Position numbers and translations under genes: made by a program. Shown one piece after another: positions 9,764 to 18,038 of a stretch of 32,000 bases of DNA. Under the pieces are notes generated by a model. The model had not been told where the DNA came from and did no database searches. It saw nothing but the letters and a program-made list of their open reading frames with translations. This DNA is from Haloferax volcanii DS2 (GTDB lineage Archaea > Halobacteriota > Halobacteria > Halobacteriales > Haloferacaceae), in the NCBI RefSeq assembly GCF_000025685.1, contig NC_013967.1, positions 2,610,001 through 2,642,000 of the forward strand, given 5' to 3'. Position 1 is the first letter of the stretch. Every line of letters begins with the position of its first letter.

Positions 9764-10263
9764 TCTTCAGCCTGCGCCTCCTTGATCTCCTCGACGTTGA
9801 CACCGATGGTGCCTTCGGTACGTCCAGTGGACTTCGTCCGCTGGCCGCGAACCTTCTGGCCGCGCTGGTGTCGAACGCCCTTGTAGGAGCTGATCATCTT
9901 CATGCGGTTGATATCATGCCGCCGCTTCTCTTCGAGGTCCGAACCCGTGATGTGGTCGGTGTCACCGGAGAAGAAGTCCTTCCGTCGGTTTGCCATCCAC
10001 TCGGGGGCGTGGTCCTCGAAGTTCTCGACGACATCGACAACGGCGTCGATCTCGCCTTCGGGGAGCTTACCGAACAGCGCCGTTCGGTCCACTTCCGCGG
10101 CGTCGGCGATGATGCGCGCTGTGCGCTTGCCGATACCCTTCATGTCCGTCAGACTGCGCTCTACCGTCTTCGTTCCGTCAAGGTCGGTCTGACCAATTCG
10201 GATGAAGTAACGGAGGTCCTCTTCCTCCTCCGGAGAGCTGTCCTGTGGTTCTTCTGCACTCAT
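9760..10263 (-). CDS. rps13: 30S ribosomal protein uS13
   Basis: LRYFIRIGQTDLDGTKTVERSLTDMKGIGKRTA...YKGVRHQRGQKVRGQRTKSTGR. The start is taken at MSAEEPQ (cat at 10261-10263). Confidence 0.95.
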   Translation of the reverse strand: MSAEEPQDSSPEEEEDLRYFIRIGQTDLDGTKTVERSLTDMKGIGKRTARIIADAAEVDRTALFGKLPEGEIDAVVDVVENFEDHAPEWMANRRKDFFSGDTDHITGSDLEEKRRHDINRMKMISSYKGVRHQRGQKVRGQRTKSTGRTEGTIGVNVEEIKEAQAEE

Positions 10264-10286
10264 GACTTTGGAAGTCGTGTTGTGAG

Positions 10287-10371
10287 CGTTGCGGCGGGGA
10301 TTCGAACCCCGGGGGCTTGACGCCACTGAGTTAGCAACCCAGCGCCTTGGGCCAGGCTTGGCTACCGCAAC
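10287..10371 (-). tRNA. tRNA-Ser (anticodon GCU), type II
   Basis: The minus strand reads GTTGCGG-TA-GCC..GGC-G-CTGGG-TTGCTAA-CTCAG-(variable arm TGGCGTCAAGCC..)-CGGGG-TTCGAAT-CCCCG-CCGCAAC-G. Confidence 0.9.
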
Positions 10372-10577
10372 ACTTCGGTCGTGTTAGTTTCGCCCTTCCG
10401 GACTCGGGGACGACATTCCCCTACATCGATTGCATCCGTTACGAGACGGTGGCATTACTTAAACATCACGAAAGGGACCTCGCGTGACAGCCCGAGTCAC
10501 CTCCGCTCGCCGCCGAATCGTGGTATGGTACACCACCTCTCCAAAATCATAAGAGCTCTGGTTACGTATTCGCGTCA

Positions 10578-10925
10578 ATGAGTTCGACAGAGTCCGCGAC
10601 CGCGCCGACGAAGCCCGTTCGAATCGACACCGTCGAGGAACTCGACGCCCTCGTGGCCGAACACGACCGCGTCCTCCTCGACATCTACACGAAGGGCTGT
10701 ACGCTGTGTCAGAGCATCGAACCCGTCCTCGGCAACGTCTCGAAAGCAACCGACGTGGTCGTCGCGATGCTGAACCCGCAGACGGATATGTCGGTCGCAG
10801 AGCGGTACACGATTCGGAGCGTCCCGACGCTCCTCCTGTTCGAAGACGGCGAACTCGTCGACCGCCTCGCCGACGGCTTCCAAGGGGCGCAGGCGGTCGT
10901 CGACTTCGTCGAGAAAGAGCGGTAA
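10578..10925 (+). CDS. trx: Thioredoxin-family protein
   Basis: 115 aa with a CxxC motif (YTKGCTLCQ) and the RSVPTLLLFEDGE cis-Pro region. Confidence 0.85.
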   Translation: MSSTESATAPTKPVRIDTVEELDALVAEHDRVLLDIYTKGCTLCQSIEPVLGNVSKATDVVVAMLNPQTDMSVAERYTIRSVPTLLLFEDGELVDRLADGFQGAQAVVDFVEKER

Positions 10926-11002
10926 GGTCGGGTCGCGTCAGTTCGGCGTGGACTCCGTCGGGGGTTCGGATGGGGGCACTCTTTCGACCCCGCGGTGGCA
11001 TC

Positions 11003-11500
11003 TCAGCGGTCGGCCGGGTCGTCGAGGGGGGTCGTACACCAGTGGCAGAAGTCGATGTCGGCGTCGACCTCGCGACCGCATTCGGGGCACGTAACGGTGG
11101 CCGCGTCGGGGTCGGCGACGGGATCGGTGACGGTGGCCGCCGACTCCTCGGCGTCTTCGACGGCGGAGCGGTCCGCCCGCGCCGCGGCCTGCCGCAAGCC
11201 GAGGAAGAAGGCGTCGAGGACGCTCGCGAAACTCACCACGAGGATGGGGACCAGTTCCCTGAGCACCGCGGCGAACTCCGACGGCGGGATGACCGCACCG
11301 CCTATCAGCGGGTCGAACGCCTCCGCCGGAACGAACAGCGCGGACACCGCGAACGTGAGAAGCACCCAGAACGCGGCCCGCCGCCAGCGTCGTAGATACA
11401 GATGCCCGAGGCCCGTGATGACGAGGCCGAGTATCGCGGCGAGCCAGGGGCGGAGTTTCGTGAGTGCGGACATACGTGGACTCGATTGGGATTCGCTCAT
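11003..11500 (-). CDS. Membrane protein with C-terminal zinc ribbon (hypothetical)
   Basis: The start is taken at MSESQSS (cat at 11498-11500). It has three hydrophobic segments followed by CPECGREVDADIDFCHWC. The upstream part of the listed 287-aa ORF is Arg-rich non-coding read-through. Confidence 0.6.
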   Translation of the reverse strand: MSESQSSPRMSALTKLRPWLAAILGLVITGLGHLYLRRWRRAAFWVLLTFAVSALFVPAEAFDPLIGGAVIPPSEFAAVLRELVPILVVSFASVLDAFFLGLRQAAARADRSAVEDAEESAATVTDPVADPDAATVTCPECGREVDADIDFCHWCTTPLDDPADR

Positions 11501-11720
11501 GAGAGTTCCGTTCGTAAAGCGTCGGTGGAGTCGCGGTCGGGGTCGGGGTCGGAAGCCAGTTCGCGTGCGATGCAGCGGCCGGGGAGCAGTAAACGGATTC
11601 GGCGGGTCGGCTTGTGGAGGTCCGGGCGGTCCGTTGCGGCCGCCCGCACGCCCGAGCAACACGCGACGGTTCGTGGTGCGCACGTATAAATTGAACAGAA
11701 CTACAAACGGATTCGGCGTT

Positions 11721-12176
11721 TCATCGTCGCCCGCGCGGCCCGGAAGTATCGCCGTCGCCCGCGCTCGGTGGGACGACGAGTGTCGGAACCTCCGCGTGGC
11801 GGACGACGCGACTGGCGACGGTTCCGGCGGCACGGTACCCCGCAAGCCGAGCCTCGTCGTCCCCACCGACGCCGAGGACGACCGCTGTCGCGGCCGGCCC
11901 GCCGACGACTTCCGAAGTCAGACGAACGCCCGCGAGGAGCGCCCGACGCGTGACCGCGCCGACGGCTTCCTCCGCTTCGAAGGCGGCGCTGGCGGACGCT
12001 CCGGCGGTTTCGGTTTCGGTCGTCTCGGTCGCGGAGGACTGCGGCGTACCGGTCGCGGAGACGGCTTGGAGCGACGCGTCGAGGACGCGGGCGAGAAACA
12101 GCGCGTGGGCCGCGGCGGTCGCCGCGGAGGCGCTTCCGTCCGTCGCGAGAACCACTCGCTCGACGGTGACAGTCAT
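11721..12176 (-). CDS. Universal stress protein (UspA)-like, divergent
   Basis: The N-terminal VVLATDGSASA and C-terminal AGTVASRVVRHAEVPTLVVP resemble Usp termini. The middle is low-complexity. Confidence 0.5.
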   Translation of the reverse strand: MTVTVERVVLATDGSASAATAAAHALFLARVLDASLQAVSATGTPQSSATETTETETAGASASAAFEAEEAVGAVTRRALLAGVRLTSEVVGGPAATAVVLGVGGDDEARLAGYRAAGTVASRVVRHAEVPTLVVPPSAGDGDTSGPRGRR

Positions 12177-12228
12177 GCGCCCCGAGAAGTCGTCGGAGGA
12201 GAAAAACTCGCGCGTCGGAGGGGCGTTC

Positions 12229-13191
12229 TCAGGCCCCGATGTACTCTTCGTTTATCGTCCAGCCGTCGTCGCCGTCGCGGACGAGGTACTCGCCGTAGTA
12301 CGGCACGCGGTTTTCGACGACCGCTTCGAACGTCTCGCGGATGTCCTCGCGGGTCATCTCGCCCATCGGGCGTAGGTCGTCGTTGCGGTTGAGACAGCCC
12401 TTCAGGTATCCTTCGTGCGTCACGCGCACGCGATGGCAGTTGGCGCAGAACTCGGGGTTCTCGACGGGGTCGACGATTTCGACCATGCCCTCGCCGACGT
12501 AGTAGCGGCGGCGGTGGTGCATATCGCGGACCTCCACCTCGTCGGCGAGGTCGGTCAGCCACCGGTGGACGCGCTCGATGTCGATGTTCCACTCCGGCTT
12601 GCCCGTCAGTTCGGGCATATACTGGATGAGTTGGAGCTGTAACCCCGGGTTTTCTGCGACGTACTCGACCATCTCCTCGACGTGGCCCGCGGTCTTCGTG
12701 AACACGACCATGTTGAGCTTCACGGGCGTGAGGCCGGCGTCGACGGCGGCCTTGACGCCCTCCGTCACCTTGTCGTACGCGCCGGACTTCGTGATTTGCG
12801 CGAACGCCTCGGGGTCGAGGGCGTCCTGCGAGACGTTCACGCGGTCGAGGCCGGCCGCGACGAGGTCCTCGGCGCGGTCGCCGAGGAACGTCCCGTTGGT
12901 GGTGAGCGACGTCTCCATCGAGTCCGGCGTCCGCCGGATTATCTCTTCGAGGTCCGCGCGGAGCATCGGCTCGCCGCCGGTGAACTTCACCTTCTCGACG
13001 CCGTACTCCTCGACGACTTCGAGAAATCTGACCACGTCGTCGGCGCTCATCTCCTCGTCCGAGGCGTCCATCGGCCCGCGGGTGTCGCCCAGCCCCTCGT
13101 TGTGGCAGTAGACGCAGTCGAAGTTACACCGGTCGGTCAGAGAGATTCGAACGCCGGTTACCTCGCGGCCGAAGTCGTCCACCAGCACCAT
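12229..13191 (-). CDS. moaA: GTP 3',8-cyclase (molybdenum cofactor biosynthesis, radical SAM)
   Basis: [14 protein letters not shown] (CxxxCxxC), FTGGEPMLR, and the C-terminal [19 protein letters not shown] cluster. Confidence 0.9.
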   Translation of the reverse strand: MVLVDDFGREVTGVRISLTDRCNFDCVYCHNEGLGDTRGPMDASDEEMSADDVVRFLEVVEEYGVEKVKFTGGEPMLRADLEEIIRRTPDSMETSLTTNGTFLGDRAEDLVAAGLDRVNVSQDALDPEAFAQITKSGAYDKVTEGVKAAVDAGLTPVKLNMVVFTKTAGHVEEMVEYVAENPGLQLQLIQYMPELTGKPEWNIDIERVHRWLTDLADEVEVRDMHHRRRYYVGEGMVEIVDPVENPEFCANCHRVRVTHEGYLKGCLNRNDDLRPMGEMTREDIRETFEAVVENRVPYYGEYLVRDGDDGWTINEEYIGA

Positions 13192-13216
13192 ATACCGAAT
13201 CCTGGGAGCGTACGTT

Positions 13217-13224
13217 GATAAATT
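13217..13224 (-). promoter_or_regulatory. TATA-like box (AATTTATC) for leaderless moaA
   Basis: An AT-rich octamer lies 26-33 nt upstream of the moaA ATG in an otherwise GC-rich spacer. Confidence 0.45.
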
Positions 13225-13362
13225 CGCTGTCGATGACCGTGGCGTGGTAACTGGAATCCGTTACGCTCTCGGCGTCTCGAAGACGGTGTCGGTCGGGTCG
13301 TCGCCTGCGACCGTCACCGCGCGACGAGACCTTACAAAACCCTTATCGGCCGCACCGCCGGA

Positions 13363-14412
13363 GTGACGGACATGGACGAAGCCGACGTACGCGACCGCTT
13401 GCGTGCGGTCGAGGACCCCGACCTCGGAGACGACGTCGTCTCGCTCGGACTGGTGAACGCCGTCGAGGTGGACGGCGACACCGTCCGTATCTCGCTCGCG
13501 CTCGGTGCGCCGTACTCTCCGGCGGAGACGGACATCGGCCGCCGAATCCGCGAGGTGCTCGCCGAGGACGGGCTGGAGGTCGACCTCACCGCCAAAGTGC
13601 CGACCGACCGCGACCCCGACGAGGAGGTGCTCCCCGGCGTGAAGAACATCATCGCCGTCGCCTCCGGGAAGGGCGGCGTCGGCAAATCGACGGTCGCCGT
13701 GAACCTCGCGGCCGGCCTCTCGAAGCTCGGCGCGCGCGTCGGCCTGTTCGACGCCGACATCTACGGGCCGAACGTCCCGCGGATGGTCGCCGCCGAGGAA
13801 GCGCCGCAGGCGACCCAAGACCAGACCATCGTCCCGCCGGAGAAGTACGGGATGAAGCTCATGTCGATGGCGTTCCTCGTCGGCGACGACGACCCGGTCA
13901 TCTGGCGCGGCCCGATGGTCCACCAGCTGCTCACCCAACTCGTCGAGGACGTGGAGTGGGGCAGCCTCGACTACCTCGTGCTCGACCTGCCGCCGGGCAC
14001 GGGCGACACCCAACTGTCAATCCTCCAGACGCTCCCGCTCACGGGCGCGGTCATCGTCACGACCCCGCAGAACGTCGCCCTCGACGACGCCAACAAGGGC
14101 CTCCGGATGTTCGGCAAGCACGACACGAACGTCCTCGGCATCGTCGAGAACATGAGCACGTTCCGGTGTCCCGACTGCGGGAACCGCCACGACATCTTCG
14201 GCGCGGGCGGCGGCCGCGAGTTCGCCGCCTCGAACGACCTGCCGTTCCTCGGGGCGCTCCCGCTCGACCCGGCCGTCCGCGAGGGCGGCGACGGCGGCAA
14301 GCCCATCGTCCTCGAAGACGACGACGAGACGGCCGACGCGTTCCGCGTGATGACCGAGAACATCGCCGACATGGTCGGTATCGTCCAGCGGCGGAGCGTC
14401 AGCGAGCGATGA
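13363..14412 (+). CDS. mrp: Mrp/NBP35-family Fe-S cluster carrier ATPase (ApbC) with N-terminal DUF59-like domain
   Basis: VASGKGGVGKST deviant Walker A, DLPPGTGD, and the CPDCG cluster-ligand motif. The N-terminal LRAVEDPDLGDDVVSLGLV is DUF59-like. Confidence 0.9.
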   Translation: MTDMDEADVRDRLRAVEDPDLGDDVVSLGLVNAVEVDGDTVRISLALGAPYSPAETDIGRRIREVLAEDGLEVDLTAKVPTDRDPDEEVLPGVKNIIAVASGKGGVGKSTVAVNLAAGLSKLGARVGLFDADIYGPNVPRMVAAEEAPQATQDQTIVPPEKYGMKLMSMAFLVGDDDPVIWRGPMVHQLLTQLVEDVEWGSLDYLVLDLPPGTGDTQLSILQTLPLTGAVIVTTPQNVALDDANKGLRMFGKHDTNVLGIVENMSTFRCPDCGNRHDIFGAGGGREFAASNDLPFLGALPLDPAVREGGDGGKPIVLEDDDETADAFRVMTENIADMVGIVQRRSVSER

Positions 14413-14738
14413 GCGACGACGGGCGACCCGACGCTGACGCGGACGTGGACACCGATGCTGACGCCGGCGCGGACACCGACGGCGATGCCGAGGAGGTCGA
14501 CTGGGAGATGGCCCCGGACTCCGACGCCGACTTCCCCGCGGACCCCGAGCGCGTCGCGTTCCTCCGCGAAATCGCCGACGACATCTACGGCGAGTCCTCC
14601 GAGAGCCGGCAGGTGTCGGCCATCCTCTACCGCGTCAGCGACCTCTACGACCCCGACGGCGACACCTCGCCCGAGGAGATTTACCTGAACGTCCGCCACA
14701 TCATGGACATCAAGGCGCAGGGCGGCATCGACCGCTGA
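14409..14738 (+). CDS. Small highly acidic hypothetical protein, translationally coupled to mrp
   Basis: The ATG at 14409 overlaps the mrp stop (ATGA). 109 aa: an Asp-rich N-terminus followed by the structured-looking VAFLREIADDIYGESSESRQVSAILYRVSDLYDP...IYLNVRHIMDIKAQGG. High GC3. Confidence 0.6.
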   Translation: MSDDGRPDADADVDTDADAGADTDGDAEEVDWEMAPDSDADFPADPERVAFLREIADDIYGESSESRQVSAILYRVSDLYDPDGDTSPEEIYLNVRHIMDIKAQGGIDR

Positions 14739-15010
14739 ACCGCTCTGACCACCGAACTGCCGCCGACCGACTCGCGTTCGCCTCCGCTCGGTTCACTTCC
14801 GCTTTTCCCGATTCCGCGATTCGAGCGACAGCGTCGTCTTCACCCACGAGTCCGCCTGTTCGTCCCACGTTCACTTTCACCACGCACCACCGCCGGCTCG
14901 GCCGAAGCCCGTCAGCGAGAGGTGGACGGACGGTGCAGGAGCGGGGTCGAGAGTGATGGACTATCTGCACGGACCGGGCGGGTTTTGGTCCCGGAGCCGA
15001 ATTCGAGGGT

Positions 15011-15646
15011 GTGGACGCACACCAACGCCAGTTCCGGAACCCCTTCTCGATGGACACCGACTGCACGAACTGCTCGGGGCTCTGCGAGACGCGCGAGCAG
15101 GTCGTCCACGGCTACGGCGACGTGGGCGCGGAGTTCCTGTTCGTCGGCGAGGCTCCGACCGCGGCCGCGGAACGGACGGGCGTCCCTTTCACCGGCGACG
15201 AGGCCGGACGGCGCGTCCAGCGCATCCTCGGCGACCTCGGCTTCGTCCGGTCCGAACCGGACGCCGACGAGCCGGACGTACAGAACGTCTTTTTCACGTA
15301 TCTCACGCGCTGTCGACACCCCGACCGCGGGCCGAGCGACGACGAGGTTGCGACCTGCGAGCCCTACCTGAACGCGGAGGTTCGGATGATAAACCCGCAC
15401 ATCATCGTTCCCGTCGGACAGGCCGCGCTGGAGGCGCTCGCGTTCGATTACACCACGCGCGCGGCCGACAGCTTCGACGTCGACGCGGAGCACGCGACGA
15501 CCATCCGCGGCCGCGGCTTCGAACTCGTCCCGATGAAGGAGCCGGAGCGCCTGACCGACGCCGACGCCGAGGCGTTCGTCGAACACGTCCGCGAGTCCGT
15601 GTTCGGCCGGGACTACCGGCAGACGAAGGGACGGCAGAGTCGCTGA
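15011..15646 (+). CDS. udg: Uracil-DNA glycosylase, family 4-like (Fe-S type)
   Basis: CTNCSGLC, FVGEAP, VPFTGDEAGR and YLTRCRHP motifs. The listed start is GTG 15011; ATG 15050 (MDTDCTNC) is an alternative. Confidence 0.75.
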   Translation: MDAHQRQFRNPFSMDTDCTNCSGLCETREQVVHGYGDVGAEFLFVGEAPTAAAERTGVPFTGDEAGRRVQRILGDLGFVRSEPDADEPDVQNVFFTYLTRCRHPDRGPSDDEVATCEPYLNAEVRMINPHIIVPVGQAALEALAFDYTTRAADSFDVDAEHATTIRGRGFELVPMKEPERLTDADAEAFVEHVRESVFGRDYRQTKGRQSR

Positions 15647-15722
15647 GTCGGGCGGACGATTCCCGTCGCGTCCGGGGCCGCGTCCCGCAAGCGGCGGGTT
15701 CAAGGGTTCCCCGGCGCGAGGG

Positions 15723-16487
15723 GTGGGTATGACGGTCATCGCCGTACTCGCCGAACCGCCGCGGCCGGGACTGGTGCTTTCGGAACTCGCGGAGACGAGT
15801 CCGCTCTCGGAGGCCGAAGCCGCGGACCTCTACGCCGCGATGCTCAAAGACGTCTGTATCGCCGTCGAGCGGTCGGGCGGCGACCTCCTCGTCAACTACC
15901 GCGCCGAGGACGAGCTCCCCGACGAGTTCGCCGGGGACCACGACTCGGAAGCCGAGATTCGGAGCGTCGTCGCCGACGCCCTCGGCGGCACCGACAACGC
16001 GCGGTTCGAACCGCAGGTCGGCTCGACGTTCTCCGCCCGCGCGGGTAACACCGTCTCGCATCTGCTCAACGAGGAGGAGGAGGTCCACTCGGCGGCAGTC
16101 GTTCGACCCATCGCGCCGCTGCTCGGCCGCACGCACCTCGACAGCGCGGCGATGAAGCTCCGGAGCACGCCGGTCGTCCTCGGCCCCTCGACGGAGGGCC
16201 GCGTCTACTTCTCGGGCTTCCTCGACCCCATCGACTTCACCGACGCCTACGCGGAGCCGGAAGTCGAGACGCTCGCTCGCCGCGCCGACGACGCGGGTCA
16301 CGGCCTCGACTACGTCCCGATGCTTCCGGTCCTCGAAACGGGCGCGGACCTCGCCACGGTCGTGCCGATGCTCCGGTCGCGGGTCGAATCCGAGCGGCTC
16401 GTCCCCGAGCACACGACGACGTTCGTCTTCGAGGAGGGACTCCGGGTCGAGTCGACCGACGGCGTGTTGGAACTCGTCCGCGACTGA
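15723..16487 (+). CDS. DUF2064-like (GT-A fold) putative transferase
   Basis: The N-terminal VIAVLAEPPRPGLVLSEL...EAADLYAAMLKDV resembles the DUF2064/TIGR04282-type N-terminus. The start is ATG 15723 or 15729. Confidence 0.5.
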   Translation: MGMTVIAVLAEPPRPGLVLSELAETSPLSEAEAADLYAAMLKDVCIAVERSGGDLLVNYRAEDELPDEFAGDHDSEAEIRSVVADALGGTDNARFEPQVGSTFSARAGNTVSHLLNEEEEVHSAAVVRPIAPLLGRTHLDSAAMKLRSTPVVLGPSTEGRVYFSGFLDPIDFTDAYAEPEVETLARRADDAGHGLDYVPMLPVLETGADLATVVPMLRSRVESERLVPEHTTTFVFEEGLRVESTDGVLELVRD

Positions 16488-16533
16488 GCGAAGCGACAAC
16501 TCTTAGGTATCCGACTCAAAATCCCCGTGTGAA

Positions 16534-16617
16534 GGTGGGATGGCGGAGTGGCCTAACGCGCCTGCCTTGAAAGCAGGTTTCCTCACGGAATCCTGGGTTC
16601 AAATCCCAGTCCCACCG
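16534..16617 (+). tRNA. tRNA-Ser (anticodon UGA), type II
   Basis: GGTGGGA-TG-GCG..CGC-G-CCTGC-CTTGAAA-GCAGG-(variable arm)-CTGGG-TTCAAAT-CCCAG-TCCCACC-G. Confidence 0.9.
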
Positions 16618-16636
16618 CATTCTGACGCGAACGACT

Positions 16637-16666
16637 CGGCGAGCACCGCGTAGCGTGTGCTCGCCG
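16637..16666. repeat. GC-rich hairpin (10 bp + 3 bp stem, one bulge, triloop)
   Basis: cggcgagcac(16637-46) pairs with gtgctcgccg(16657-66). An inner cgc/gcg pairing extends the stem. Confidence 0.7.
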
Positions 16667-16687
16667 GCGTGAGCGTTGATTCGGTCA

Positions 16688-16763
16688 ACTGGGATTTGAA
16701 GCAGGGAGCGGAGCGAACGACGTGAGCGGAGCGAGTGAGGTTCAACTCCCAGTCCCATCGCAT
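16688..16763 (+). pseudogene. Degenerate tRNA-Ser(UGA) 3'-half copy (lacks D arm and 5' anticodon stem)
   Basis: 16739-16763 matches 16596-16620 at 23/25 positions (T loop, acceptor 3' strand, discriminator and 3 nt beyond). 16695-16705 tttgaagcagg matches ttgaaagcagg of the anticodon loop/stem. The T stem no longer pairs. Confidence 0.7.
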
Positions 16764-16818
16764 CCACTCCAAGCGACACCAACAACCCCGAAAAAGCGAC
16801 CCACAGCCCTCGACCCGT

Positions 16819-17550
16819 TCAGAACCGGTACGCCATCATCACCTCGTCGACGTGTTCGTCACCGATGGTGTAGTGGTCTCTGCGAATCGCCTCGGTCTCC
16901 CAGTCGTGGTCGCCGAGGAACTCCAGCGCGCGGTCGTTCGTCATCGGGACGCTGTTGTACACTTTCCGGAAGCCGTTGGCTTCGGCCCAGTCGAGGCCGC
17001 GGCGCAACAGGAGGCTGCCGATGCCCGCCCCGCGGTAGTCCTCCTTGACGCCGACGGTCTGCTGGGCGGTCTCGCGGATGCGCGACACCTGCGGGAGGTC
17101 GAGGTGCGTCCAGCCGACGACCTCCTCGCCGAGCGTCGCGACGAAGAACACGCGGGACTCGACGCGGTTGTGACGCGTGACCGCCTCGTCGTAGAGGAGT
17201 TGTTCGGCGATGGTCTCGGCGACGACGTACGTCTCCTCGGAGGTCACGTCTCGAATCGCGTCGATGAGGCCCTCGAAGTCGCGTTGACGGCCGGGCCGGA
17301 TAGTGACGATGCCGGCGTCGGTGTCGTGTTCCTCGATGGTGCCTACGTCGAGCGCCAACTGGAGCGTGCCGCCGTCTTCTTCGAGGTAGCCGCGCGATTT
17401 CAGTCGGTCGAGTTCGGTTCGGAACTCGTCGGACGGCACGGGCGCGACGTCGAGGAGGACGTTTCGCTTGGCGGTGCCGTGCCGCTCGACGTACTCGTAG
17501 ATAACCTTGCTCGCCTCGGATTCGAACGTCGGGCGCTCGGTCGCTCGCAT
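16819..17550 (-). CDS. GNAT N-acetyltransferase with N-terminal winged-helix domain
   Basis: The GNAT core is QTVGVKEDYRGAGIGSLLLRRGLDWAEANGF. The N-terminal KVIYEYVERHG...LDRLKSRGYLEE is wHTH-like. The start is placed at MRATERP because TATATTT (17579-85) lies about 30 nt upstream; ATG 17565 is an alternative. Confidence 0.75.
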   Translation of the reverse strand: MRATERPTFESEASKVIYEYVERHGTAKRNVLLDVAPVPSDEFRTELDRLKSRGYLEEDGGTLQLALDVGTIEEHDTDAGIVTIRPGRQRDFEGLIDAIRDVTSEETYVVAETIAEQLLYDEAVTRHNRVESRVFFVATLGEEVVGWTHLDLPQVSRIRETAQQTVGVKEDYRGAGIGSLLLRRGLDWAEANGFRKVYNSVPMTNDRALEFLGDHDWETEAIRRDHYTIGDEHVDEVMMAYRF

Positions 17551-17684
17551 GACTCCAAGAACCATGGCGTGCCACGCGTATATTTCTTGTTCATCGGTAG
17601 CAAACACCGTGACCACGCGGCGTTTCGCATGACAGATATCAACAGATGCGTAACGGCTTTGAATCGGCCTGCCAACACTCGGGT

Positions 17685-18005
17685 ATGGATTGGCCACACG
17701 ACCCGGACGGCGAAGAGGGGAGCGAAGGCGGACGCAAGTACGGCCAGGCGGTCATCGCGAAGAAGGTCGACGAAGACGAGGACTTCCCGCTGAACAAAGC
17801 GGCGTTCGTCGAGGAGTACGGCGACCACCCCATCCGACTCGACTCCGAGCGCGTCGTCTCGCTTTCGGACATCTTCGAACACGTCGAAGGTGAGGAGTTC
17901 GACGACTTCGTCGAACTACACAAGGCCGTCGGCAAGGCGATGCGCGAAAACGACTTCTGGTTCTACGAGGGCGCAGCGCAGTTCGTCACCGGTAAGAAGG
18001 CGTAA
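17685..18005 (+). CDS. Acidic conserved hypothetical protein
   Basis: 106 aa starting at MDWPHDPDGEE, with high GC3 and an acidic composition. A T-run (attgttttcgg) follows the stop. Confidence 0.55.
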   Translation: MDWPHDPDGEEGSEGGRKYGQAVIAKKVDEDEDFPLNKAAFVEEYGDHPIRLDSERVVSLSDIFEHVEGEEFDDFVELHKAVGKAMRENDFWFYEGAAQFVTGKKA

Positions 18006-18038
18006 GTTTCGAGATTGTTTTCGGCCCGCGACGGCGAG

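Noticed and set aside
16706-16734. Direct repeat gagcggagcga x2 (18-nt period) considered as a mini-CRISPR or tandem array.
   Set aside because: There are only two 11-nt copies with a 7-nt spacer, inside the degenerate tRNA copy. This is far too short and too few for a CRISPR array.
16516-16785. 89-aa minus-strand ORF and the overlapping plus-strand ORFs 16722..17048 and 16735..17793.
   Set aside because: They overlap tRNA-Ser(UGA), its partial copy and the antisense of the GNAT gene. Their composition is non-protein-like.
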